64,000 nt of DNA from Promethearchaeota archaeon (GTDB taxonomy: Archaea > Asgardarchaeota > Lokiarchaeia > Sigyniarchaeales > SOKP01): contig JBHLNS010000004.1 of assembly GCA_048941285.1 (NCBI GenBank), positions 2,896-66,895 of the forward strand, read 5' to 3'. Numbering within the stretch: position 1 is the stretch's first letter; the number at the start of each line of letters is the position of its first letter. The position numbers and the translations under genes are program-made. This document shows positions 26,007 through 35,545 of this stretch, in pieces. Below the pieces are notes generated by a model, which was not told where the DNA came from, searched no databases, and saw nothing but the letters and a program-made list of their open reading frames with translations.

Positions 26007-28178
26007 CTATTCCTCCTGAGGATTTTCTAGAATATTTTTTATAATAAAATATAATTCTTCTTCATTATCGATAACTATTGCCTGAATTTTTTGTTTTTTG
26101 GCAAATTCTTGTATTTTTCTCGCAATAACTCTCTTCTCTCCCTCGATATTTTGAGAAAAATCGATAAAGTCAAAGACCATGATGAAAAGTGAAGAGATTT
26201 GCTTAAAATCATTAATATCTCTTATTAGGTTTACTAAATTAAAACCTTTAGGATCGTAGATCTGGATAAGAATCTTGTTATGAATGATTATATGATGATC
26301 AGATTCTATAATATCATAAAAAATATTATCACTTTGGAGTCTTTTTCTCAGCCCGAATTTCATGGGTAAAAATTTACTTATTTTTAAATTATTTGTTATA
26401 TTGGGAGGATCAATTTTAGTCGATTCTTGCATAAATGATTCGATTTTAGATTGGTGCTGTCTTGGTTCTATTACTTTTCTCCGCAATTCCACTAGTTTAG
26501 GCTCTTTCTTAGATTTTTTAATGGTTTTCTCATTTTTAATAATAGCCATCTGATCATTGACGGGGCTATATTTATATGAATCTTGTAATTGTTTAGGATT
26601 TTTCAAATGTAAATTCATCCTTTTGAGTTTATTCATTGCAATTCTTAAATATATTTCGTCTCGCGTGTCATTACTATAAAGAATAACGACTTTACCCTCA
26701 CGATGTCTTGCTGTTCTTCCTTTCCGCTGAATGAATCTTACATCTGAAGCAACTACATCATAAAATATAACTAAATCACATTCAGCAATATCCAGCCCTT
26801 CTTCACCGACGTTTGTCGAAATGAGAACATTATATTGCCCCTCTTTAAAGTTATCTAGAATTTCTATTTGCTTTTTTTGGGACATTCCTTTATCATCAAA
26901 TGATTTCGTGGTTTGCCCCACAAATCTTACTGCATTAATTGAAGGAATTTTTTGAAGTTTTTTTGTTATATTCTTAACGGAATTACGCAACTTCACAAAC
27001 ACTAAAATTCGAGAATGAGGATTATTCTTCAATTCTTCTAAAATAATCTTAACCAAAACATAATACTTCGGATGAATCAACATTTCAGGAGAAAATTCAA
27101 CATTTTTCTTTAATTCTAAAAATATGCGATATAATCGCCCATCTGATGACAATATTTTAGTGGCTTTCGAACTACTTTTCTTCTTTGCGTCTCGATGAAG
27201 TTTATTAAAATAATCTAATAATACATCGAGCCCTTGCTGCTCTACTAATTCAAGCATATGAAATAAAATTAAAGCCTGTGCATTAATCGATAAAGCGCTA
27301 TAAATTCCTGTTTTGTCCCCATTGCTTTTTAACTCATTTACTAATTCTGAATTTAACTTTAATAAATCTTTCCTGATAACTTTTGTAAGTAATTGTTCTC
27401 CTTTTATTTCTAAAAAATTGAGTTGAGAAAGGTAATGCAATCGTTCCTCTAATACAATCGTGAGCAATTTATATACATCTTTCATTAGACTGGTTAAATC
27501 GACTCCAATTTTGTATATATCCATTGGTTTGAGATAATTCTTTACATCTTCGTCTTTTCGTGTTCTGATATGAATATTTTCTATAGGAATATGCAAATTA
27601 TTACATAATACGGTAATTTTATTTTTTGAAGCTCCAGGTGAAGCAGTCAGACCTAATATTATTCCGTCGGGATTATGATCGACAAATTCATCAGCAATCA
27701 TCGTATAAGGATAATCTCCAGTCCCATGATGAGCTTCATCAAAAATCACTAAAGCAGTATTTGAGAGGGAATACTTTTGATTCACTAAATCGTTTCTTAG
27801 AGTCTGAGGAGTGTAAAATAATATTTGATTTTGATGAAAAATATCAATCCTATGCTCAGGAAGTACTTTTCCTGTAAGAATTGCATATTTATTTTCAGGA
27901 ATCTTAAGAAATTTTAAGAATGTATGATAATGCTGATCTATTAATGGCCTGGTAGGGGCAAGGATAATAACTTTACTATCAACTGGGAACATTTCTATTA
28001 TTTTACCAGCAACAAGAACCGCAATTATCGTTTTACCCAACCCTGTAGGAAGTACAACTAACGAGTTCTTTCCAGCACATTGTTCTGCGATTTTTTCTTG
28101 GTATTCTCTAACCTCTAATTCACTCGAGTCTAATATCGATGCGCTTTTTTCTACAGTTAGCCTTATCTCACCCATCAT
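26007..28178 (-). CDS. hef: Hef/FANCM/Mph1-family SF2 helicase with C-terminal ERCC4-like domain lacking catalytic residues
   Basis: PTGLGKT Walker A, DEAH (FDEAHH), TASPG and motif VI QRKGRTAR. The C-terminal ~135 aa keep the XPF/ERCC4 topology, but I could not find the GDY/ERK residues. There is no (HhH)2 tail. Confidence 0.75.
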   Translation of the reverse strand: MMGEIRLTVEKSASILDSSELEVREYQEKIAEQCAGKNSLVVLPTGLGKTIIAVLVAGKIIEMFPVDSKVIILAPTRPLIDQHYHTFLKFLKIPENKYAILTGKVLPEHRIDIFHQNQILFYTPQTLRNDLVNQKYSLSNTALVIFDEAHHGTGDYPYTMIADEFVDHNPDGIILGLTASPGASKNKITVLCNNLHIPIENIHIRTRKDEDVKNYLKPMDIYKIGVDLTSLMKDVYKLLTIVLEERLHYLSQLNFLEIKGEQLLTKVIRKDLLKLNSELVNELKSNGDKTGIYSALSINAQALILFHMLELVEQQGLDVLLDYFNKLHRDAKKKSSSKATKILSSDGRLYRIFLELKKNVEFSPEMLIHPKYYVLVKIILEELKNNPHSRILVFVKLRNSVKNITKKLQKIPSINAVRFVGQTTKSFDDKGMSQKKQIEILDNFKEGQYNVLISTNVGEEGLDIAECDLVIFYDVVASDVRFIQRKGRTARHREGKVVILYSNDTRDEIYLRIAMNKLKRMNLHLKNPKQLQDSYKYSPVNDQMAIIKNEKTIKKSKKEPKLVELRRKVIEPRQHQSKIESFMQESTKIDPPNITNNLKISKFLPMKFGLRKRLQSDNIFYDIIESDHHIIIHNKILIQIYDPKGFNLVNLIRDINDFKQISSLFIMVFDFIDFSQNIEGEKRVIARKIQEFAKKQKIQAIVIDNEEELYFIIKNILENPQEE

Positions 28179-28791
28179 TAATCACCATAAATGTATGATT
28201 ATCTATAGTTATGTTTTGAAACTGTTTATTGCTTTTATTGTAAGAAATAATCACTTCTCCTAATTTTAATCCTAAGTTAGAAGGGTATACTACACAATTT
28301 CCTTTTGTTTCAAACAAATATGGGTGTGTGTTCCTTAATTTCTTAACCTTTGATAATAATTCAGAGCCATTCTTCACAATATCAAACCCCTTGCCTCTAT
28401 TAACATGCTTAAAGATATAGATAATATCGTTTAATAGTTTTATATGGGAATTTGATATATAGATTGTTGGTGGGATTTCAATTTTTTCGTATTCATCCTT
28501 TTTATCAGTAATTAGATAAACTTGATTATTTGCACGATATTTTCGTATTTGGTAATTTTTAAAAACATTTTCAAACTTTTCTTGAAAATTTAGTAATAAG
28601 GATATAATTTCGTCTGTCTGAGACTGAGGGATTCCCAACAGTTTTATTAGTTTGCTAAAATTGAACTTTCTATCATAAAAGTTCTCGAACTTTCCTAGAT
28701 AATCCACCATTTGGTTTAATACTCTAAGAATCTTTCGAAATTGCTCTGTATTATAATCATTAGTATTATTAGTATCTGAGGCTAAAGTCAT
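28168..28791 (-). CDS. hypothetical protein, possible HTH + beta-rich (WYL-like?) regulator, co-transcribed with hef
   Basis: Overlaps the hef start by 11 nt. HTH-like FSKLIKLLGIPQSQTDEIISLL. The domain guess is weak. Confidence 0.45.
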   Translation of the reverse strand: MTLASDTNNTNDYNTEQFRKILRVLNQMVDYLGKFENFYDRKFNFSKLIKLLGIPQSQTDEIISLLLNFQEKFENVFKNYQIRKYRANNQVYLITDKKDEYEKIEIPPTIYISNSHIKLLNDIIYIFKHVNRGKGFDIVKNGSELLSKVKKLRNTHPYLFETKGNCVVYPSNLGLKLGEVIISYNKSNKQFQNITIDNHTFMVINDG

Positions 28792-28837
28792 CAAATATTA
28801 ATAATTTATTGAATGAATAAAAAGGAAAAATTTAGCT

Positions 28838-31750
28838 TTAATTATTTTTAGATTCTTTTTTCAACTTTTCTAGCTGCTTTGATGATATTATAAAAACTAT
28901 TCCAGGTACAGCAATAAATATTATCGTTAATGGAATTGCTCTAGCAATATCCTTCTTATAGCTTTCTGAGATTTGATTTACATCAAAGAAAACACTTTTA
29001 ACATTAATTGGGGAACCATAGATCCCATCATTGATAAAAAGTTCGAATTTGTATTCTCCAGTCATACTTGGATTATAAATAATGCTGAACATACTATAAT
29101 CAGAAAAATCTTCATGAATTGCGTGAATCTCATCTAAATATTCATTATTTCTATAAATTTGAGCATAGGATCTTCCAGAAGTTAATGGAAACTTCTCATA
29201 ATTAGCCAAAATTGAAACATTGATCTTAAAGAGTAAACCATTCAAATCGGAATGGTAATTTATTTCACATTCTAAAGTATAGTTAGTTGAAAATGAGATA
29301 TAAAGCTCTGCCTTTACCTGCATTCCCTCATATGCTCTTAGATATCCTTCGATTAGCGGGTAACAATCTGAGTTTATTGGAATTGGGATGTTATACACAT
29401 ATGAATTATTAGAGAGTTTTGAAAAAACAAAGCTCCCAATCTGTTCACTTTCAAATTTGAATGTAATATAAGTACCAAAATCCCTCAATATAAGATTGTA
29501 GAGTGATACTTCCATATGATTTAAACCCCCTAATTGGCAAGTATCAGAATGTCGTGCGTCAATTCCGATATCACTAGTTCGTGCCATTTCACAAATCCAG
29601 AAAAAGATCTCTTGATTCAGTATTTCTTTATCTGTAGTAAAATAGAATTCATTAGAATTATCTGAGAAAATATCCTGAACTAGCGCTTGAATCTTATGAA
29701 AATTAAACTCAATATTTAAATTTAGAAGTTCTGAAAGCTTATAGCTGTAGTATATGTTTTTAATATTGGAATAGTTAAGATTTGTTTCAACATAATTTTT
29801 AATTTTCTGGCTGTTTTTATTAAATAAGTTGAGCACTTTCAACACATAGGTCATAAAATAAGTGGTTTTTAAGATAGTTGCAACGTCATCAGCATATTTT
29901 GGACTAAAGTAAAGCATTGTAGAGGTTTCAATCAGATTTCTATCGATATAATTATATATTGCAGTTATATCAAAACCAATTTCAGCAAAATTCAAGCCGA
30001 GATAATTCCCAAGAAGTTCTAAACATTTTATAGCATAATAAGTATAATCGCAATAGATTTTGTTATTAATAACCTCAGATCTATCCTTAGTATATTTTAA
30101 AATGGAAGTGAATCCGCCAAAAGTATCATAATATGTTGTATTTAAAAATTGAGTTTTTACTATATCATTCATTAAATCCATTAAATCAAAAGAATTAGCA
30201 AAATCATCTAATTTGAAAAGCTTCTCTAAAGATTCTAAGGCATAGTATGTAGATTGATGAGAATTTATTTGATCAATCTTATTTATGTAAATCTTATGTC
30301 CCGAAGTATAAAACTCTATTGGATATGAACGAAACCACTCAATCATTGTATCTTGTCTTAGATATCCATTAAAATATCGCGATATATCATCAGGCGGGTA
30401 ATCTCTATATGAATTTTTAATAGCTCCATACAATTTTTGGATATTCAGATCCGAAATTCTCGTATATAAATCAAAGGAACTAACAACAGTATGGATAAGA
30501 TTCATAGAATTATAGTCTTCAGATAAGAGTGAAAAGGCTATATAAGATTGGTAATATAAAGTAGCATTCCCAATGAGACTTCTATCACCTTTTGATAATT
30601 GGAATATTTCATTTGTATTATACAATGAACGAATAATTTGATATGTATCTATAAGTTCATGGATAGCAACTGTGGTTGACTGATCCCAGTTCCCTAAAGA
30701 GTTACGATGGTTTAGAATAAAAGAAACAGTTTCAGTTGTATTTATCCCTATAAAACCGGTAATTACTGAAAGTTCTAAACCTATCGACGTTGCAACAATA
30801 TTAGTGTAATTCAATCCATAATCTAAGGCAGATATCCGAAAATAATGAGAATCTGGATCATAGAGATAACTAAGAAATTGGTAAAAATCTACTTCATTAA
30901 TACTAGACACCATTCCAAATACTTCTAATGTTTTTATACAATAATATGAAGAAATGAGATTGGGCTCATAATGAAATAAGAGAGAATCGAAACTTTCATC
31001 TTCATCATTTTCAAATCCTCCTACAGTCCAACCCATTCCTTCTGTAAGTTGGAGAGCGTTAATAAAAGATATAATACTCGCTCTCTGCGAAGAATATCCA
31101 AACCAGTCGTCCATCAATAAATCTAATGTGATCACAGCAAAATAAGTATTATCTGCCGTTGCTATTTTATATCCGTCTTCTAAATCTGCATTATACTGGC
31201 GTCCAATAAACCCACCGGTTGAGGGATTAAAACAACTCCAGATAAAATCTATAATTTCTGAGACATCGATTAAATATAACGCATCTAACAATTCTAAAGA
31301 AAGAATCGCATAGCATGTTACCTCCAATACCGTGCTCAATGGGAAATATGACTTTGTAAAATCGGTATCCAAATATCGATATGCTAAAGTGTCCATAAAG
31401 TGAGTACTATCATCTTCATAGTGATCCATGATATAATTTATTATCTTAGATTGGTTTATCTCATGTAATTTTCCCACCCTACTTAGCGTATACAAAGCAT
31501 AATAAGTTGCTTGTAAAGAAGGTTCATAGATTTGGGGAAAATATCCAGCATCATAATAATCTGCCACTTTAGAATTAAATACATTATCTATGAGTCTCTT
31601 ATTACTCACCTCGGACATTTGAGTGATTTCATTAAAATCACTTAAAGAATAATTACTTGAACTATTGGTAAAAGGCTGAGTGTAAATAATATTACTAAAA
31701 AATAAAATTCCAATAACACTACAAATGAATATGACGGGTTTCAATTTCAT
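28838..31750 (-). CDS. large cell-surface protein with prenyltransferase/terpene-cyclase-like alpha-alpha toroid repeats, N-terminal signal/anchor and C-terminal TM anchor
   Basis: At least nine repeats of the type QATYYALYTLSRVG, EVTCYAILSLELLD, DNTYFAVITLDLL, SSYYCIKTLEVFG, QSTYYALESLEKL and DYTYYAIKCLELLG. The C-terminal beta-rich region is followed by a TM helix and a basic tail. The ATG at 31750 is preferred to the TTG at 31762. Confidence 0.55.
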   Translation of the reverse strand: MKLKPVIFICSVIGILFFSNIIYTQPFTNSSSNYSLSDFNEITQMSEVSNKRLIDNVFNSKVADYYDAGYFPQIYEPSLQATYYALYTLSRVGKLHEINQSKIINYIMDHYEDDSTHFMDTLAYRYLDTDFTKSYFPLSTVLEVTCYAILSLELLDALYLIDVSEIIDFIWSCFNPSTGGFIGRQYNADLEDGYKIATADNTYFAVITLDLLMDDWFGYSSQRASIISFINALQLTEGMGWTVGGFENDEDESFDSLLFHYEPNLISSYYCIKTLEVFGMVSSINEVDFYQFLSYLYDPDSHYFRISALDYGLNYTNIVATSIGLELSVITGFIGINTTETVSFILNHRNSLGNWDQSTTVAIHELIDTYQIIRSLYNTNEIFQLSKGDRSLIGNATLYYQSYIAFSLLSEDYNSMNLIHTVVSSFDLYTRISDLNIQKLYGAIKNSYRDYPPDDISRYFNGYLRQDTMIEWFRSYPIEFYTSGHKIYINKIDQINSHQSTYYALESLEKLFKLDDFANSFDLMDLMNDIVKTQFLNTTYYDTFGGFTSILKYTKDRSEVINNKIYCDYTYYAIKCLELLGNYLGLNFAEIGFDITAIYNYIDRNLIETSTMLYFSPKYADDVATILKTTYFMTYVLKVLNLFNKNSQKIKNYVETNLNYSNIKNIYYSYKLSELLNLNIEFNFHKIQALVQDIFSDNSNEFYFTTDKEILNQEIFFWICEMARTSDIGIDARHSDTCQLGGLNHMEVSLYNLILRDFGTYITFKFESEQIGSFVFSKLSNNSYVYNIPIPINSDCYPLIEGYLRAYEGMQVKAELYISFSTNYTLECEINYHSDLNGLLFKINVSILANYEKFPLTSGRSYAQIYRNNEYLDEIHAIHEDFSDYSMFSIIYNPSMTGEYKFELFINDGIYGSPINVKSVFFDVNQISESYKKDIARAIPLTIIFIAVPGIVFIISSKQLEKLKKESKNN

Positions 31751-31799
31751 TTTCTCTACCAAAAACTGTTTCTTGTATGTTTAACTACCATTCTTACTA

Positions 31800-31820
31800 T
31801 TCATATTTAAACAAAAAATC
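31800..31820 (-). promoter_or_regulatory. BRE/TATA-like promoter element
   Basis: The minus strand reads GATTTTTTGTTTAAATATGAA, ~50 nt upstream of the ATG at 31750. Confidence 0.35.
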
Positions 31821-31843
31821 ACCATTCATGATCCTATAAAATT

Positions 31844-31888
31844 AGAAAAGAAAAAGAAAAGTTAATTAAAACAATGATCTTGGATCAT
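31844..31888 (-). terminator. candidate terminator after tfb paralog (hairpin + oligo-T)
   Basis: On the minus strand, the inverted repeat ATGATC-N3-GATCAT (31874-31888) lies right after the stop. The T-rich run CTTTTCTTTTTCTTTTCT follows (plus 31844-31861). Confidence 0.35.
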
Positions 31889-31891
31889 GAT

Positions 31892-33256
31892 TTATATCTT
31901 ACAAATTGGAGGAGGCCCTTTATAATTATAATATTTATATACTTCAAAATCAAATAGGCTATTACACTTGAACTTTGATTTTGATCTCTTATTCTTATTA
32001 ATATTAAATTTCAATGGAAAATCATTCATTTTGAGAGTAATAATTAAAGGAGTTCTATTCTCCCCCCGTAAAGCAAAATAATAATAATCAGATTTATCGT
32101 AAGTATTAAACACTTTAGTAGCATTACCCATGATTAATGTCTCATAATCTTCGGAAGATAAATCTTCTTGATCTTCTTGCTCAGATGCATCAATAAGTCC
32201 TAATTTCTGAATTACTTTCACAAGCAAATCAGACGATTTTATTAAACTGATAAATCCATCTATTTTATACCTCTCAAAAATCTTTTTTTTCACTTGTGAT
32301 TGGATAGTAGACATTCTAATTCCTAATCTATTGCAGATGGCACTTACACTTACATCATTATGTTTTAAACATAACAAAGAAATTGAACTTACTAGTCCAG
32401 CTAATGCATTATCAGTGGTGTTTTTAATCCCACTCCATAATTTATACATAATTTTTTTAGCTAAATAATAAAATGACATTCCTATGTCAAAATGTTCTGC
32501 AATTTCATAAACTCTGTGAAGAATATACTCTTTTCTATTACGATCAGCATATTGTGGTAAAAATCGTTGAATCTGAAGATTAAAATCCTTGAATTCTTTT
32601 TTTGTAATCTTAGAAACTTCAATTAATTCAAATGGACTAATTGAAACATTTCTAAGTTTGAGACAGAAGTAAATAACTATAGATACTAATTTATCAGTAT
32701 TTCTGTATTTTAATCCAGGACGAAGTTTAGTACGAATTTCTTTAAACTTTTCTAAAGCCATCTCTTTTATTGTATCATAGTCAGTTAAATCTAAACAATT
32801 TAAAATTCTTGAAATTTCAAGACGAGCTTGTTCAATAATGGCCTTTTCATTACTGATTATTGAGTTATGTCTATTTAGTCTATTAAATTCCCCGAAATTA
32901 GGAGAAATTCCTCTTTCTCTCTTGGTTCCTATCTTTGTTATTCCAAGTCCCTTTGCATACTGAATAAGATCCTCATTATAGGGTCTATCATATTGTAATT
33001 TCTGGATTTCTAATACAATACCACATTCCCGACATACATACCCCTCTGTAGTACTTACAGTTTCTGCTGAACCACAGATATCACATGTAAGATATGAATA
33101 ATTTAGGGGTAGCGAACTATTTTGGATTGTTTTATAGGTTGCCAATGTTTTGATCACTATTTTTTTAAATTTATCTAAAGAATATAAGGAAGGAGTTTGC
33201 TTTTTAAACCTTTTCCTCAAAATCTGAACGATGAAAAGAAGGCTTCTTCTCGTCAA
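31892..33256 (-). CDS. tfb: transcription factor B (TFIIB-type) paralog with N- and C-terminal extensions
   Basis: Zn ribbon CDICGS...CRECG followed by two cyclin-like repeats. At 454 aa it compares with ~300-330 aa for canonical TFB. The start is uncertain (TTG 33256, or TTG/GTG further in at 33220/33157). Confidence 0.65.
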   Translation of the reverse strand: MTRRSLLFIVQILRKRFKKQTPSLYSLDKFKKIVIKTLATYKTIQNSSLPLNYSYLTCDICGSAETVSTTEGYVCRECGIVLEIQKLQYDRPYNEDLIQYAKGLGITKIGTKRERGISPNFGEFNRLNRHNSIISNEKAIIEQARLEISRILNCLDLTDYDTIKEMALEKFKEIRTKLRPGLKYRNTDKLVSIVIYFCLKLRNVSISPFELIEVSKITKKEFKDFNLQIQRFLPQYADRNRKEYILHRVYEIAEHFDIGMSFYYLAKKIMYKLWSGIKNTTDNALAGLVSSISLLCLKHNDVSVSAICNRLGIRMSTIQSQVKKKIFERYKIDGFISLIKSSDLLVKVIQKLGLIDASEQEDQEDLSSEDYETLIMGNATKVFNTYDKSDYYYFALRGENRTPLIITLKMNDFPLKFNINKNKRSKSKFKCNSLFDFEVYKYYNYKGPPPICKI

Positions 33257-33317
33257 TTTTAAATAGTGGTTTTTGTGTCATAACAAAAAAGTCATGATTT
33301 TTTTGATTTTGTTTCGC

Positions 33318-33336
33318 ATTGACATTTTTGTCAATA
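33318..33336. promoter_or_regulatory. perfect palindrome ATTGACA-N5-TGTCAAT (candidate operator)
   Basis: 7-bp arms separated by TTTTT, in the 358-nt divergent region between the tfb paralog and gene 33615. Confidence 0.25.
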
Positions 33337-33575
33337 TGCGTAAAGCTATTAATTTTTAATAAATTATGCCAAAATTTAGAAATAGAGATTTGGAAATAAT
33401 GATTTACTTAGATTCTTATATGAATTTAAGAGATGTCTATAGTAACAACTTACCATTTTTAATATCACATGGTTAAGAGTCTACGTTTCATAGCCTCTCG
33501 TTCTGAGTCTATTGTTTTTAATATTTCATGTGATACTTTCTATATTTTAGTCTAATTTAGTATATTTAAATCCAA

Positions 33576-33599
33576 CATTTTTTCCTTTATATTTAAAGG
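33576..33599 (+). promoter_or_regulatory. BRE/TATA-like promoter element
   Basis: CATTTTTTCCTTTATATTTAAAGG ends ~16 nt before the ATG at 33615, which suggests a leaderless mRNA. Confidence 0.45.
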
Positions 33600-33614
33600 A
33601 TAGTATACTATTTC

Positions 33615-34355
33615 ATGATCGAAGAACCGTTTGTATTTCTCGGTGTTCTAGTCATATCTCTAATTATGTCAAGTTTTATAAAAAGTGATTTATCTGGAAT
33701 ATTAAAACCAATTGCCCTACGTTTGTGTCTTATTGGAGTTATTTTTCATGAGCTTGCTCATTATTTAATGAGTCTAGTAGTAGGAAAAATGCCAGATAGT
33801 TTTAATATCAAATGGGAAAGTAAAAAAGATCAGTTTAAAGGTCCTTATGGATGGATTACTCTTGAAAAGCCTCCAAGTTTCCTGCAGACATTTATTATTA
33901 GCTTTGCGCCGCTATATATTAGTACATGGTTAATTTTCCTATTATGGTTTGGGGTTATATTTAATCCATACTTCAATCCTATAGTCAAAACTATTGCAGT
34001 GTTTATATGCCTTTCCCTATTCTTCACTGCTTCACCATCAAAAGCTGATTTACAATACATTTCTTATTCCTTTAAAAAGGATTCCACCTATTCTTGGTAT
34101 CAAATTTTCTTAATTTGTTTCTCAATAGTAATTTTATGGTTCTTTTTAGTATTCACTCAAATTACACTTTTCTTGGATTTTTTTTATTATTTAGCAATAG
34201 CCGTTATTTATTTTATGTTAAAATTTTCATTTATCGGATTAAGAAATATAACACTTAAAATTCAATCAAGAAATTTCAAAAAACCCGAAGAAATTAAGTT
34301 TAAAAGATTTTCTCGTCAACATTATAAACCAAAAAAGCCATGGAAAGAAAAATGA
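33615..34355 (+). CDS. polytopic membrane protein with HExxH motif (putative intramembrane/M50-like metalloprotease)
   Basis: GVIFHELAHYLMS lies within a TM helix, and there are about 6 TM helices. A TATA-like element ~20 nt upstream of the ATG suggests a leaderless mRNA. Confidence 0.45.
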   Translation: MIEEPFVFLGVLVISLIMSSFIKSDLSGILKPIALRLCLIGVIFHELAHYLMSLVVGKMPDSFNIKWESKKDQFKGPYGWITLEKPPSFLQTFIISFAPLYISTWLIFLLWFGVIFNPYFNPIVKTIAVFICLSLFFTASPSKADLQYISYSFKKDSTYSWYQIFLICFSIVILWFFLVFTQITLFLDFFYYLAIAVIYFMLKFSFIGLRNITLKIQSRNFKKPEEIKFKRFSRQHYKPKKPWKEK

Positions 34356-34378
34356 TTTAAAAAAAGAGGAAAAAGTAA

Positions 34379-34723
34379 ATGAAAGGGTACTGTTATATTG
34401 CGTTAATTATTGGATTTTTTATCTTCTATCAGCAAAATCCTATCTATGCCATCGTTATTATCGCATTATTTATTGGGGTATATTTATTTTTCAAATCAAG
34501 ATCATCAGGTTCAAATAGAAGCATATTAGGTTTTTTTAGTGGGAGAAATACGCAACAAGATAATAGAATGGATGATTTAATTACATTAATGATGATACAG
34601 CAATTAATGAATTCATCCTCTCAGAGTAGCGATAATCGAGGAGGAAATGATAAAAAGAAGGAACAAGACGAACAGATTGATAAAATAAAACAAGAAGTTC
34701 TCGAATTACTTGAAGAAGATTGA
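34379..34723 (+). CDS. small membrane protein with polar/acidic C-terminus
   Basis: 114-aa ORF with two N-terminal TM helices. Confidence 0.5.
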   Translation: MKGYCYIALIIGFFIFYQQNPIYAIVIIALFIGVYLFFKSRSSGSNRSILGFFSGRNTQQDNRMDDLITLMMIQQLMNSSSQSSDNRGGNDKKKEQDEQIDKIKQEVLELLEED

Positions 34724-34724
34724 A

Positions 34725-35435
34725 ATGCAAGCAGATTTAGAGTTTTTTGAAGAAATCCGACAGTTATTACATTATCATAACATTGTTTCTATTTCAGGAG
34801 AATCTGGTACGGGAAAGACAACCCTTGCACTTCACTTAATAGGGAATCTATTAACACAGAAAAAACCATATATAGCCTCATGCATATGGATTCAAGCAAG
34901 TGAAAGATTTCCGATCAAACGGTTAACGCAAATTTTTGAAGATACATCTAAAAGATTGGAATATATAAAAAATAATACATATCTTCTACCACAAAAGGGA
35001 CTAATCCATACCTATGAAGAACAAATTTCAAGAATTCGAAAAATAATAGATTTAACATCCAATAACCCACCTTCTCTTAAATATATAGTCATTGATAATA
35101 TTTCACACCATTTACGTTACAAATTAACTCAATTTAATAATCCAAAAGATATTTTACCTATACTAGATGACTTTTACGAGACGCAACTTATGCCACTCAT
35201 TTTATTTTGTAAGCGAAATGAGATATCCTTGATATTAATTCATGAAGTTACTTATATCCCTACACTCCAAAAAATTAGACCCTTCTTTTATAAGTTATAT
35301 GATAGAATTAAGACAATTGATATTGTTTTAAGTAAGTTTAATAATAACAAAAAGATGATTCTAGATTTATTTTTTAACGAATTAAAGTGGACTTTTCAAT
35401 TTAGTTTAGAGCAAAAAGGTATAATAATGATATAA
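34725..35435 (+). CDS. RecA-superfamily ATPase, RadB/Rad51-paralog-like
   Basis: Walker A ISGESGTGKTTLALHL and Walker B-like YIVIDNISHHL. It has no N-terminal HhH domain. The ATG at 34725 lies 1 nt after the preceding stop. Confidence 0.55.
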   Translation: MQADLEFFEEIRQLLHYHNIVSISGESGTGKTTLALHLIGNLLTQKKPYIASCIWIQASERFPIKRLTQIFEDTSKRLEYIKNNTYLLPQKGLIHTYEEQISRIRKIIDLTSNNPPSLKYIVIDNISHHLRYKLTQFNNPKDILPILDDFYETQLMPLILFCKRNEISLILIHEVTYIPTLQKIRPFFYKLYDRIKTIDIVLSKFNNNKKMILDLFFNELKWTFQFSLEQKGIIMI

Positions 35436-35545
35436 TTTCTAAAGATGATTACAAATTTCTACTAATCCAAATTTCAATAATTTTATTAAATAAATTTTAT
35501 ATAATGACTTTTCTTCTTAATCGTTGATAATAAAATATAAATTTA

